From the IMG/VR virus record IMGVR_UViG_3300036770_002724, positions 32,001 through 96,000 of that record: DNA of 64,000 bases; one strand, written 5' to 3'. The notes under the pieces were generated by a model. It did no database searches. It was not told the DNA's origin and saw nothing but the letters and a program-made list of their open reading frames with translations. Position 1 is the stretch's first letter. Each line of letters opens with the position of its first letter. This DNA is from a virus. Position numbers and translations under genes: made by a program. Shown here one piece after another: positions 27,923 through 37,500 of the stretch.

Positions 27923-29155
27923 ATGCCCTACATCTGCCTGGCCCGAACCGACATTCCGGACGGCACCCTCCAAGTGCTCGACCTTCAGCCCAACGCTTCC
28001 CAGCGGACCATCTACGACCCCCCGGCGCAGACCCGTTACCTGAAGCGCCCCCGGAACACCCCGGTCGCTTTCAACGCGGACGGAACCCTTCAGGGAGACG
28101 TATACGGTCTTGCGGGATACCTTCTTGATCGGGTTGAGGCGGGCGGGACGCTCCAGGCGGGCGCGACCGTTACCTGCGCCGGAGTCCAGGCGGGCGATAC
28201 CGTGACCATCGCGGGCGTCGTCTTCTCGGCGGTCAACGGCGGCGCCGTCGCGGCGAACCAGACGTTCGACATGAGCGGAACCGACATCCAGACGGCGACT
28301 TCTCTTGTCGCGACCATCACCGACGCAGCGAGCATCGCTCTCATGGTCGCCGGGTCGGGCCTCGGATACGCCCACGCGGTCAGCGGAGGCACGGCGGTCG
28401 TGACCCTCTCCGCTCGCTATGGAGCGGGCCTTACGCTTCGGGGTGGTCCGGGCGGGGATGTCTCGCTCGCGTCCTCAAACGGAACGCGCCTTGCGCTGAA
28501 CACGGTGCTCGGTCGTCTTTTCCGTGCGGTCGAGCGGTGGACCGTCGCCTCTCTGACTTCGGTGTTTACCGCGATCATGGTCCGCGTGGACGGAGCCCTT
28601 CCTCTCGCCCTTGCGAACATCAACACGGCCCTCGCGGCGGCGGCGACCGGGACCGAGCTTACCAACGCGGGTGGCTCTCGGTCGGTCGGGACCGTGGCAG
28701 ATGTCCTTTCGATTCTTTCGGGGCGTCAGTACCTATTGCCTCGGGCGAATCCGCTCACGGGTGTGGCGAACGACCTGATGAGCGCCACGAACTCGTGGGA
28801 TAACACGCCTCGGGGCGGCTTCACCGTTCCGGTCCTCGTGAACGGGACCACGATGGAGGCGGGCGAGATCCGCCCTCTCAACATCGGCGGAGACGTGGAG
28901 AACCGTCCGGTCGGCCCGTACACCGCGACCTACGATGGCGGAGCTTTCCAGCGGTCGCTGGCGACGGGTCAGCTTGCGGTTCTTGCGGGCGTCGCGGGCA
29001 TGACCCCGGTGACCTTGTTCCCGAATAGCTCTCCGACTCCTGTGTTCCCCTGGAACTACTTCACCTCGACCCAAGCGGTCGCGGACCCCATTGATCCGGT
29101 GACCGTTACCCGGGTCGTGACCGTGTATGACGACGCCGGAGCCGTGCTGGCTTGA
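27923..29155 (+). CDS. Structural paralog 1 of four
   Basis: ATG 27923 with SD GGAGA; YICLARTD..LQVLDLQPNASQ..YD...QTRY N-terminus, VTVYDDAGAVL C-terminus; insertion GDTVTIAGVVF. Confidence 0.7.
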   Translation: MPYICLARTDIPDGTLQVLDLQPNASQRTIYDPPAQTRYLKRPRNTPVAFNADGTLQGDVYGLAGYLLDRVEAGGTLQAGATVTCAGVQAGDTVTIAGVVFSAVNGGAVAANQTFDMSGTDIQTATSLVATITDAASIALMVAGSGLGYAHAVSGGTAVVTLSARYGAGLTLRGGPGGDVSLASSNGTRLALNTVLGRLFRAVERWTVASLTSVFTAIMVRVDGALPLALANINTALAAAATGTELTNAGGSRSVGTVADVLSILSGRQYLLPRANPLTGVANDLMSATNSWDNTPRGGFTVPVLVNGTTMEAGEIRPLNIGGDVENRPVGPYTATYDGGAFQRSLATGQLAVLAGVAGMTPVTLFPNSSPTPVFPWNYFTSTQAVADPIDPVTVTRVVTVYDDAGAVLA

Positions 29156-29181
29156 TCCGGTAAACAAAGGAGAATCCCATC

Positions 29182-30372
29182 ATGGCTCGTGCATATATCT
29201 GTCTCGCCCGAAACGACTTGGAGGATAACCTTCTTCAAGTCCTCGACCTCGTCCCGAACACCTCGCAACTGAACCCGATTTATCAGGGTCAGGGGCAGAC
29301 GGGGTATCTGACTTGGTTCCCGCAGAACGATGCGGTCGCCCTCACGGCGGGTCCGCCCGTGACCGTGAACTCGACTGTCTACGGCGTCCGGGCCTACCTG
29401 CTCGACTCCATCGACGATCAGTCGGGCGGCGGAAACGCCCCCATGTCGGTAGCCTCGGCTAACCTCGTCTCCATCGCGATCCTCAACCGGGTCGCCCAAG
29501 GGCTTCCGCTCACGGGAGCGGCTCTCGATTCTCTCGTGGGCGGGCTCCTCACCGGGTCGGACTTCACCGGGGCTACTGCTCCGGGTTCGACCTCGCTTGG
29601 AGTCGTCGAGGAGCTTCTTCGTATCCTCGCCGGAGAGGTTTACCGGGTGTCGTCTGGTGCGGCCTTGAGCGACGGCGGCGGCGCCTTCCACGGGGCCAAG
29701 GTCGGCGTCTTCGTGACCGCTCCGAACATCGTTCAGGATCTCGGCTTCGGCTCGGGCGGAATCAGTGCGGCTTTTGGCCTCCCGGTCATCCCGACGACCG
29801 TTCCGGTCCAGACGGGAACCCAGGACGTCAACTTCCGGCGTATCCGGCCCATTCAGGATACGGGCGAGCTTGCGATGTCCACGGCGACGGGCGTGCTCTC
29901 GAAGCTGGACCTGGCTTCGTACTCGTTCCGTAACCCGTCTTACATCTACGCGCCGAACACCAGCACCATCACCTGCGGAAGCCTCGCGGCGGCGACGAAC
30001 GACGTGGTTTACATCAACGGCGTCGCCTTTACCGCGATTGCGGGTGCGGCGAACCCGGCGCTCCAGCAGTTCGCGGACATCACCCAGGGTGCGGCGACTC
30101 CGACGGCGGTCGCCGCTTCGCTTCGGACGGCGATCAATGACGCGGCGAGCGTGGCCCTCACCGGGATGACCTCGCCGGTCGCGAACGTCGGCCCCGCGAT
30201 CACGGTACGTCAGGATTCGGGAAACCAGTTCTGGTTCTCGACCAACGCTCCGGCTCGGGTGACCTTCGGAAGCCTTCCGGCGGGTGCCGCTCAGGGCGTC
30301 CAGGGGTCGCAGTTGATCTCGACCTCGGCTCGGGCTGCGACCGTGTACGACGCCTCCGGCAACGTCATCTGA
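29182..30372 (+). CDS. Structural paralog 2 of four
   Basis: YICLARNDLEDNLLQVLDLVPNTSQ; C-terminus ATVYDASGNVI; insertion NDVVYINGVAF. Confidence 0.7.
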   Translation: MARAYICLARNDLEDNLLQVLDLVPNTSQLNPIYQGQGQTGYLTWFPQNDAVALTAGPPVTVNSTVYGVRAYLLDSIDDQSGGGNAPMSVASANLVSIAILNRVAQGLPLTGAALDSLVGGLLTGSDFTGATAPGSTSLGVVEELLRILAGEVYRVSSGAALSDGGGAFHGAKVGVFVTAPNIVQDLGFGSGGISAAFGLPVIPTTVPVQTGTQDVNFRRIRPIQDTGELAMSTATGVLSKLDLASYSFRNPSYIYAPNTSTITCGSLAAATNDVVYINGVAFTAIAGAANPALQQFADITQGAATPTAVAASLRTAINDAASVALTGMTSPVANVGPAITVRQDSGNQFWFSTNAPARVTFGSLPAGAAQGVQGSQLISTSARAATVYDASGNVI

Positions 30373-30383
30373 TTGGCTCTGAA

Positions 30384-30418
30384 CAGGGGAGGGGTTCCGT
30401 GAAGGAGCCCCTCCCCTG
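30384..30418 (+). terminator. Intergenic hairpin between paralogs 2 and 3 (terminator or mRNA stabiliser)
   Basis: 15-bp stem CAGGGGAGGGGTTCC / GGAGCCCCTCCCCTG with one G-U pair; weak U tract. Confidence 0.55.
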
Positions 30419-30440
30419 CGTTTACTGAGGGAGAAGAACC

Positions 30441-31325
30441 ATGACCCGTGCTTTTATCGTCCTGGGGCGAAACGACCTGAGCCCGAACGGTCTTCAGGTG
30501 CTCGATCTGTTCCCGAACTCGTCGCGGCGGAACCTGATCTATGACCCCGCCGGACAGACGGGCTATCTATCGTTCTTCCGCCAGAACGACCTCCCGACCG
30601 TCACGGGGGCCGGTCCCATCACCGCCTCCTCGACCGTCTACGGTCTTCGGGCTTACCTGCTGTCGAACATCGACAACCAGGCGGCGGGCGGCGGAAACCA
30701 CAACACTCCCTCGGTCGCCAACTGCACCACCATCGCGAACGCGATTCTTTCGGCGGTCAACGCCGGGACGGCCCTTACCGCAGCCGTGGTGGACGGTCTC
30801 GTGGCGGCGACGTGCGCTAACTCCGACCTCACGGGCGGGACGGCGGCAAGCTCTCAGTCTACGGGGTCCATCGTTGGGCTTCTCCGCGTGCTTTCCGGCG
30901 AGGTGTACCGGCTGTCCTCGGGCGCCGTGGTGGCGGCGGGCGTCGGGGCGACCTTCGTGGGAAACGTCGGCGCTTTCGTGACGGCTCCCGACCTGACGCC
31001 TTCGACCGGCCTCGGTGGCGGGATGAACGGCGGAGCGGATCCGGCCTACGGTTTTCCGGTTGTCCGGTATCAGGCTCCGGCGCAGTCGGGGACTCGCGAT
31101 CTGACTTTCCGCAACGTCCGTCGCTTTGATGTGAACACCTATCTCACGCTGTCCGCGAGCGTAGGGGCTCTGTCGAAGCTGGATTCGGCCACCTTCTCGT
31201 GGTTCAACCCCGGCTTCACTTACGTCGCCTCGACGGGAACGGCGCTTTCGGTTACGGGCGCGAACCTCACGAGCTACGTCCAGCGGGGCGTGACCGTGTA
31301 CAGCGAGACCGGAACCCCGCTCTGA
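30441..31325 (+). CDS. Structural paralog 3 of four
   Basis: FIVLGRNDLSPNGLQVLDLFPNSS..YDPAGQTGY; C-terminus VTVYSETGTPL. Confidence 0.7.
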   Translation: MTRAFIVLGRNDLSPNGLQVLDLFPNSSRRNLIYDPAGQTGYLSFFRQNDLPTVTGAGPITASSTVYGLRAYLLSNIDNQAAGGGNHNTPSVANCTTIANAILSAVNAGTALTAAVVDGLVAATCANSDLTGGTAASSQSTGSIVGLLRVLSGEVYRLSSGAVVAAGVGATFVGNVGAFVTAPDLTPSTGLGGGMNGGADPAYGFPVVRYQAPAQSGTRDLTFRNVRRFDVNTYLTLSASVGALSKLDSATFSWFNPGFTYVASTGTALSVTGANLTSYVQRGVTVYSETGTPL

Positions 31326-31336
31326 GGAAACAAAAA

Positions 31337-31693
31337 ATGTCGAACCTACGAAAGTCACTTATCCGACTCGCCCGCTCCAATCCTGAGATTCGCGAGCACG
31401 TTTTGCCTTTGCTGAAGGCTGACAAGGTTTCGAGTTTCAGAGATCCCAAGCAGATGTCCGAAGAAAAGGCGCTGGGCATGGTAGACGAGATCCTGGCTGA
31501 AGTGGGCGGGAGGGCGAAAGACAGTATAGCGTCTATCCGAGTCGAGATCAGAGAGTTCATCGAGCAAGAGCGTGCTATTGAACGGGCTTGGGAGAAGTGG
31601 GATCTGAAGGCGCTTCAAGCCTTTGGGATCTTGAGCCGCGACGAACTGCGTTTCATCGAAGAGACTTGGGATCTCTATGGGTGGCCTAGCTGA
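31337..31693 (+). CDS. Hypothetical protein carrying the N-terminal LRxxLIRLA tag
   Basis: ATG 31337: MSNLRKSLIRLARSNPEIREHVLPLLK. Confidence 0.75.
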   Translation: MSNLRKSLIRLARSNPEIREHVLPLLKADKVSSFRDPKQMSEEKALGMVDEILAEVGGRAKDSIASIRVEIREFIEQERAIERAWEKWDLKALQAFGILSRDELRFIEETWDLYGWPS

Positions 31694-31727
31694 CTCCTCT
31701 TGCTCTGAATAGAAGGGTGCGTGTCTT

Positions 31728-32663
31728 ATGCCGACCGGCCAAATGTTCATCATCCCTCGGCGTAATGACCTGGTGGGGATGAACTTTTACATCACCGACC
31801 TGTTTCCTAATACGTCGCAGCGTGGGTTCTACGACCCCGAGGGTCAGACCCACTACGTCCGGTACTCGCTCGACTTCCCGGGGACGACGAACTTGGCGCT
31901 AGGGGCTTATTCTTCAGGAAGCCTGAACACGTCCCCTATCGCGGATGCGGTCGTGGAGGATACGACGGGGGGCGGGAACGATGTCTTCGCCACGCCTTCG
32001 ACCACCTACGGGCTCGCAGGATACCTTCGGGAGCGGGTGCAGCCGGGAGGTACGGCGGCGCCTCTAGCGGGCCGTATGACCGCTGCGAACGCGGTTCTAC
32101 AGGCGGCAGCAATCCAGTCGGCAGCAAACTCCGGTTCGGCATTGACCTTGGCAGCGATCAATGCCATCTTGGTGAACGTCGGGGTCGGCGGAACGGCGAA
32201 CACCGACCTGGATGGAGCGGCGTCCAGTTCGTTTGGGTCGGTTCTCGACATCCTTCGGATTCTCGCGGGTGAGACGTACCGGACGCCGGAGTTCACCATC
32301 GTCTGCAACCAGCTCAACCAGTTCCGGTCTTTGGCGGAGCGGACCACGCTGGTCGCGGGTCAGAACACGACGGTTACTGGCCAGAACTTCGTGAGCCAAG
32401 GGTACTTCGTCGGCCCGACGGAACCGGGCTACCGGCTTCTCCCGACGTACATCGAGTCCGGCTACTTTCACGTCTCGGTCGCGGCAGGCTACCTCGCCGC
32501 CCACAAGAATCCTGTGACCTTCCGCAATCCTGTTTTCGCCTATACCGCAGCGGCGGTTACCCCGTTTCTCCCTCGTGCCTATGCCTTGGACGGTACGGCA
32601 ATTCCGTCCAGTGGCACTTACCCAGTCCTCGTGGTTTACGACGCGCAGGGTAACGTGCTGTAG
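31728..32663 (+). CDS. Structural paralog 4 of four
   Basis: FIIPRRNDL...ITDLFPNTSQRGFYDPEGQTHY; C-terminus LVVYDAQGNVL. Confidence 0.7.
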   Translation: MPTGQMFIIPRRNDLVGMNFYITDLFPNTSQRGFYDPEGQTHYVRYSLDFPGTTNLALGAYSSGSLNTSPIADAVVEDTTGGGNDVFATPSTTYGLAGYLRERVQPGGTAAPLAGRMTAANAVLQAAAIQSAANSGSALTLAAINAILVNVGVGGTANTDLDGAASSSFGSVLDILRILAGETYRTPEFTIVCNQLNQFRSLAERTTLVAGQNTTVTGQNFVSQGYFVGPTEPGYRLLPTYIESGYFHVSVAAGYLAAHKNPVTFRNPVFAYTAAAVTPFLPRAYALDGTAIPSSGTYPVLVVYDAQGNVL

Positions 32664-32714
32664 GGCGTCTCAGTCCGCTCGCCGGGTGGACCAGAGCCGT
32701 CAACAGGACGTACC

Positions 32715-32951
32715 ATGTCTAACGAAATCCACAAGACTTCTGACATCTACTATGCGGCGTACTTGAAGGTCGCCGGGGTCACTTTTTTGGGATCGGAGAG
32801 AGACGGGGGTCGTGTCATCTTCCAGTTCGATGCCCCCGACCCCAATGTTCTTCGCGATCTCAAGACGCAGTACTTCAATCGGACGGCCAAAGTCGTCGCC
32901 ATGACCTATGCCGACGAGTGTCGGGCGATGAAGAGCCTCACGCATACCTGA
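32715..32951 (+). CDS. DUF5659-like small protein
   Basis: TSDIYYAAYLKVAG..L...ERDGGRVIFQF pattern. Confidence 0.6.
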   Translation: MSNEIHKTSDIYYAAYLKVAGVTFLGSERDGGRVIFQFDAPDPNVLRDLKTQYFNRTAKVVAMTYADECRAMKSLTHT

Positions 32952-32956
32952 ACCGA

Positions 32957-33277
32957 ATGGGGAGCCGGTATCTTGATTCGATGCTCCCTGGTGCTCCTCC
33001 GGTCTTCTACTTGCTCGTGGCCTCGGGCCTGTGCTTCGCCTTGAGGAGCAAGATCGACCCCCTCTATGGGCGGTTCGGAGTCCTCGACCGGACCCTCGAC
33101 TGCGCCTTCTGTACGGGCCTTCATTGTGGCTGGATAACCTGGGGGATGTTCTGGGTCGAGTCCGGCTTCACGGAGGTCGTGTCCCTCGGTTCCCTTGCCT
33201 CATGGTGTCTGGCTTGCGGGTGGTTCTGTTACCTCTCCGAGACGGTCTTTGACCGGCTAGAGAACATCCATGACTGA
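32957..33277 (+). CDS. Small membrane protein, DUF1360-like
   Basis: Hydrophobic helices around LDCAFCTGLHCGW; start uncertain. Confidence 0.5.
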   Translation: MGSRYLDSMLPGAPPVFYLLVASGLCFALRSKIDPLYGRFGVLDRTLDCAFCTGLHCGWITWGMFWVESGFTEVVSLGSLASWCLACGWFCYLSETVFDRLENIHD

Positions 33278-33569
33278 TCGTCGAGTCCACGGGGTCTCTC
33301 TCCATGTCCCTGACGACCTTGTCGCGGGGGCGTATGCGAACGCCTTTCGGATCCTCCAAGATGAGGGGTCGGACCTCTTCCTCGATTTTTGCTCTTATTC
33401 TGAGAGGGATAAGAAGGGGGTCGTGGTGGCGAGGGTCCGCGTACACGTCTCTTTCATCGAGCACATACGGGACCGGCTCTCTTCGACCCTCAAAGAGCTA
33501 GCCGATGACACCCTTCCCCCGACCGAGACTTTCTTGGTCAAGGGGCCGGGGGAAGGAGCGTTGAACTGA
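33270..33569 (+). CDS. DUF3467-like protein
   Basis: GAYANAFRI...LFLDF...VVARVRV pattern. Confidence 0.55.
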   Translation: MTDRRVHGVSLHVPDDLVAGAYANAFRILQDEGSDLFLDFCSYSERDKKGVVVARVRVHVSFIEHIRDRLSSTLKELADDTLPPTETFLVKGPGEGALN

Positions 33570-33570
33570 C

Positions 33571-34524
33571 ATGTCGTTCACCCCAGGGCAAACGCTAGGG
33601 CGAGGGGATCTCGACCTGTTCCTCACGGACGCCAACGGCATCGCGACGAACGCTGCCGTCATCACCTACGCGCTCTACTATGTAGATCCGGGTCCGCCCG
33701 AGGTCGAAGTCCTCATTGGCTCTGCGACCCGGACGCCGGTCAATCCGGCCATCGGGGAGTACTACGCAGCCCTCATGGTCCCTCCGACGGCGACGCCGGG
33801 GACTTACAGGATTCGTTGGACGTTCCAGCAGTACGTCAACTCGACGCCCCAGCAGGTCGTTCAGGAGTGGCAGGTCGTTACCCCGGATACCCAGCTAACG
33901 GCGGTCCAGTATACGCCTTGTCAGACAGACCTCATCCGGAGGCTTCGGATTCTCCTTCGTGACAACAACCCCGATAAGAACTACCATTTCCGTCCGCCCC
34001 AGCACGAGGGGGCTATCGACCAGTTCAACCGCATCTTCGGTCGAATCTGGGAAGACGACGAGCTTCTCGAATACCTGGAGCGAGGGCTCGACTGGTGGAA
34101 CATGTTTCCCCCTTCGACCCGGGGTATGGACACCCTTGACAAGCTGTGCGCTGAGTATCCTGCTTGGAGGACGGCGGTCATGTGGGCGGCGATCACGCAC
34201 GCCTGTTTTGCCGTTGCTGCGAACTGGGTTGCGGACGAGTTCGATTACAGCATCGGCGGCGTTTCTTTGAGCATCGAAAGGTCGAGCAAGTACGAGTCGC
34301 TCAAGCAGAACGCCGAAGGCCAGTTCGACAAGGCCACCGAGGCGAAGGCGCGAACCGTGAAGTTCATTCGCGGTCTACAACAGCCCAAGTATGGGGTGGG
34401 CGTGCGAAGCGCCTTCGGACCATATGTAGGTAGAGGTGTGTTGAGTCCGAGGTCTTTCCTCGTTTTGCCTTTTTTCCTGTGGTTCTCGGGACTTGCGTCT
34501 TCTTCGTTGGGCTTGATGGCGTGA
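33571..34524 (+). CDS. Putative head-to-tail adaptor / neck protein
   Basis: N-terminal Ig-like segment plus helical adaptor-like domain (IRRLRILLRD, WEDDELLEYL, FDYSIGGVSLSIERSSKYESL); ends in hydrophobic tail encoded by the 76-bp repeat. Confidence 0.65.
   Translation: MSFTPGQTLGRGDLDLFLTDANGIATNAAVITYALYYVDPGPPEVEVLIGSATRTPVNPAIGEYYAALMVPPTATPGTYRIRWTFQQYVNSTPQQVVQEWQVVTPDTQLTAVQYTPCQTDLIRRLRILLRDNNPDKNYHFRPPQHEGAIDQFNRIFGRIWEDDELLEYLERGLDWWNMFPPSTRGMDTLDKLCAEYPAWRTAVMWAAITHACFAVAANWVADEFDYSIGGVSLSIERSSKYESLKQNAEGQFDKATEAKARTVKFIRGLQQPKYGVGVRSAFGPYVGRGVLSPRSFLVLPFFLWFSGLASSSLGLMA
34447..34522 (+). repeat. 76-bp exact direct repeat, copy 1
   Basis: CCGAGGTCTTTCC...GGGCTTGATGGCGT identical to 37580-37655. 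Confidence 0.95.
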
Positions 34525-34584
34525 CATCAAAGAAAATACGGGTAGGGGATAGACGTAACTAGAATCTTCGGCTAGATTAGTCGA

Positions 34585-35640
34585 ATGAGCGACCCCGTTT
34601 CTTGTCCGGCCTGTAAGAAGACGCTACCTATCAAGGGTATTCCGAAGCACGTTTCGGGTTGTCCGAGTTGGTCATCAAAGATTAGTATTCCGCCTTCCGA
34701 TTACAACTGGGACCTATATTTCAAGCGAGGCCCCTACGCGGAAGGGCTCCTCGAAGGAACTGATTGGGTACGTTGTCAATTGTGCTTCTCTGAAGGCAGG
34801 GACGCTCGTTTCAAGAGAATGATGGACCATCTCAAGAAAGTTCATTCCCTTACTGAAGAGTCTTACCTCGCGTCCTATCCCGGAGCCTCTGTACGGATTG
34901 AAGGTACTCGCCAAAAACGAGAAAAGACAGTCCGTGCCCGGTACGGTGTTGAGAACGTCTTTCAGGCAATTTCCGTAAAACGGGAGATTCGCGATTCGAT
35001 GATTCGGAACTACGGGGCTCCGAGTCCTTTGCAGGTCCCGGCCTTACGGGCGAAGGTCGCAGCGACTAATCTAGAACGCTTCGGAGTCGAAAATCCTTTC
35101 GCCTCACCAGAGGTTCAAGCGAAGATCCGAAAGACGAACCTTGATCGTTTCGGGGTAGCGAATCCGAATCAGTCTCCGGTTTTTCGGTTAAAAACGATTG
35201 AGAGCAACATTCAGAAATACGGATCTCCCGTACCTCAAGGCTTCGGATTAGAACGCAAGACCCGCCCCGAAGAGATCGTGGACGCCTTCAAAATTGAAGG
35301 TCTCTACTACACCGGAAATCGATCATATTGGGTTCGATGCGAGGGAGGAGACGGCGTCCCTAAGAACCGCAACCCGGACTTTGTGGTCTACGCGCCGGAG
35401 CAAATCGCTCTCGTCAATTCGGGAACCCCGCCCAACGAAGTCCGAACGAATAAGATCGTCGAGGTTATAGGCGATTGGTGGCATCGCGAAGAGATTGTAG
35501 GTCTTCCGCGAGACGCATACGTCGCTTCGAGGATTAAAGAGTATGCTTCGATCCGAATCTCCTGCCTCGTCATCTGGGAGTCGGAGGTCAAGACTCAACC
35601 CGAGGAGGTTCGGGCTCGGCTAGCGGATTGGTGCCGGTAG
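34585..35640 (+). CDS. Free-standing homing endonuclease-like protein (Zn finger, YGVEN repeats, Vsr/PD-(D/E)XK nuclease)
   Basis: CPAC, CQLC..H; repeats RYGVENVFQ, RFGVENPF, RFGVANPNQ; RNPDFVV..VEVIGDWWH..CLVIWESE; lower GC than neighbours. Confidence 0.75.
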   Translation: MSDPVSCPACKKTLPIKGIPKHVSGCPSWSSKISIPPSDYNWDLYFKRGPYAEGLLEGTDWVRCQLCFSEGRDARFKRMMDHLKKVHSLTEESYLASYPGASVRIEGTRQKREKTVRARYGVENVFQAISVKREIRDSMIRNYGAPSPLQVPALRAKVAATNLERFGVENPFASPEVQAKIRKTNLDRFGVANPNQSPVFRLKTIESNIQKYGSPVPQGFGLERKTRPEEIVDAFKIEGLYYTGNRSYWVRCEGGDGVPKNRNPDFVVYAPEQIALVNSGTPPNEVRTNKIVEVIGDWWHREEIVGLPRDAYVASRIKEYASIRISCLVIWESEVKTQPEEVRARLADWCR

Positions 35641-35678
35641 TCCGTTGTTGGTCTAGGGGGTTCGACGAAATCGCATAA

Positions 35679-36464
35679 CTAGCGCGTAGCTAGGTGGGTC
35701 TCGACCTTTCTCACCGCTTCGGAGAGGCGTTTCGACAGGTCCTCGAAGGTTGCCCCCGACACCGTGCTATCGCGAAACAGCTTTTTGTGTTCGGGTCTTT
35801 TCGGGGTGATCGTGAGTTTATAGGCCCCTTCCTTCCCCGTGATCCGGATACTCCCGTTCCCGAAAAAGTCTTCTCCCTGGCGAACAATCAACGCTTTCTG
35901 TTCGTTCAGGGTCGGACCCTTCCGCTCTTTGATTTTCTCCGGAAGGGGTTCGATCTCGACCCATTCCCCATCTTGGCTCACCGCGTAAAGGGGAAGCTGA
36001 TGGAGGTAGGGGTCGGATGAACTGAGGGCTTTTTTCCCTGTAAGGTTTTGCTGTACTTTGATTCCTGCCTTGAGCGCCCCCGATTTGTTCGATGTCTTCG
36101 TGAAGACGAGCCACGCCTTTCGATTCCAGTAGCGGACGCTAGGTTCCGCGAGAAGACCGAGTCCGGCGGGTTTGATGAGCGGACGGGCGTCTAGTACCTG
36201 GGAAGGGCTTCCCATCTTGCGCTCGATCTCGGAGATCGCCCTGGTCGTAGGGGGTGAGGGGTCTTCCTCTCCGACGTCGAAGAATTCAAAGCCGTCGAAA
36301 GCGGAGGTTTTTTCTCGCGGTCCTTCTCGTCGGGGGCCTGATGAAGTTCGACTGTTCCCTGTAACGGTAAGTTCTCCGCCTCTCTTTTTCAGCAGAGGGA
36401 GGAGTTGGGATCGAAGCTCAGGTTTGGAGAACGCGAGACGGATGACCTTGGACCGTAGGCTCAT
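35679..36464 (-). CDS. Hypothetical protein carrying the N-terminal tag
   Basis: MSLRSKVIRLAFSKPELRSQLLPLLKK. Confidence 0.8.
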   Translation of the reverse strand: MSLRSKVIRLAFSKPELRSQLLPLLKKRGGELTVTGNSRTSSGPRREGPREKTSAFDGFEFFDVGEEDPSPPTTRAISEIERKMGSPSQVLDARPLIKPAGLGLLAEPSVRYWNRKAWLVFTKTSNKSGALKAGIKVQQNLTGKKALSSSDPYLHQLPLYAVSQDGEWVEIEPLPEKIKERKGPTLNEQKALIVRQGEDFFGNGSIRITGKEGAYKLTITPKRPEHKKLFRDSTVSGATFEDLSKRLSEAVRKVETHLATR

Positions 36465-36555
36465 ATACGCAGGGTTCTATAGAAGGGCGAGCGGAGGGGA
36501 TCAGACGTTACGGGATTCGGATTCGTCATTATTCTTTCTCTAGCGTCTTTTAGGT

Positions 36556-37500
36556 ATGCGTCATCGTCAAGCGGCTCGACCGATTACAATTGACAAGTCC
36601 CTAATTAACTCCATCATTCATTTTCTCGTTCCGGAAATCGAGAAATGGCTAAGGCGTCGTCCGGATCAGGACTCTCCGATTGGGTCTGTTCGCAATATCG
36701 CTAAGGACGACCTTCGTGTCGAGACGGCGGACGGGTATCGCTCGCGCAACGTGAAGGTTTATGTCCACGCGCGCCCGGCTGGGTCCAAAATCAAGGGGGT
36801 GGGGTTGGCGGTTGTCGGAGGGAAGGCTCAAAAGTATTCCGACAATACTTTTGATATCCAGTTGTTCATAAACGGCGACCTAAGCCCGAAAGAGTATCTG
36901 GTTCCTAGGGAATTTTTCGGTCAACCAGTCTTTGATCGCATGGGTTGGAGGAATACCAGCCTCACTAATCTACCTCACGGGCTATACATGACTCTGATGC
37001 ACGAGGTCACCCACATCGCAGATTTTCTCCTCAACGAACGCATTAAGCAAACGTACTCCTCCAAAGAAGTGGAGGGGAAGCTCGACTCGGATCCCTCTGT
37101 TCTATCAATGTACTACAACGACCCGCTTGAGGTTCGGGCGAAAATGCAGGAGATCGCGGATGACGCGGTGCGTCTGGCCAAGCAATTGCGCCCGCTTGTA
37201 GACGGCTCTAATCAGAGGCTAATGGACACAATACTAAGGCTCAGTTCTAGCTGGCAGGAGATCGAAAAGGAGCTTACGCCCCGGAACCGGGCGCTTATCT
37301 TGAAGGCAGTCTACACCGAACTCGATGATAGGGATCTTCTTTTTGCAGACAGCCCCGCTCCGCGTATCGCCTCTCGGTACGCCCGGCGTCTACTCCCCCT
37401 ATCTTCTTCGTCTAACATGAGCGATCTACGTTCTCGTCTGGTCCGCCTCGCTTACGCTCGTTCGGACCTTCGACCCCACTTGCTTCCTCTTCTTCGGTAA
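36556..37500 (+). CDS. Zincin-like (HExxH) metallopeptidase carrying both RIASRY and C-terminal LRxxLVRLA tags
   Basis: LMHEVTH at 37000-37014, YYNDPLEVRA downstream; C-terminus PRIASRYARR..MSDLRSRLVRLAYARSDLRPHLLPLLR. Confidence 0.7.
   Translation: MRHRQAARPITIDKSLINSIIHFLVPEIEKWLRRRPDQDSPIGSVRNIAKDDLRVETADGYRSRNVKVYVHARPAGSKIKGVGLAVVGGKAQKYSDNTFDIQLFINGDLSPKEYLVPREFFGQPVFDRMGWRNTSLTNLPHGLYMTLMHEVTHIADFLLNERIKQTYSSKEVEGKLDSDPSVLSMYYNDPLEVRAKMQEIADDAVRLAKQLRPLVDGSNQRLMDTILRLSSSWQEIEKELTPRNRALILKAVYTELDDRDLLFADSPAPRIASRYARRLLPLSSSSNMSDLRSRLVRLAYARSDLRPHLLPLLR

Noticed and set aside
27923-32663. Diversity-generating retroelement or invertible cassette behind the paralog array
   Set aside because: No reverse transcriptase, recombinase, template/variable repeat pair or inverted repeats; paralogs are highly diverged at DNA level.
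34525-35678. Group I intron around the free-standing endonucleases (also 49075-50106)
   Set aside because: No downstream exon or recognisable P7/catalytic core was found; the upstream genes end with their own stops.
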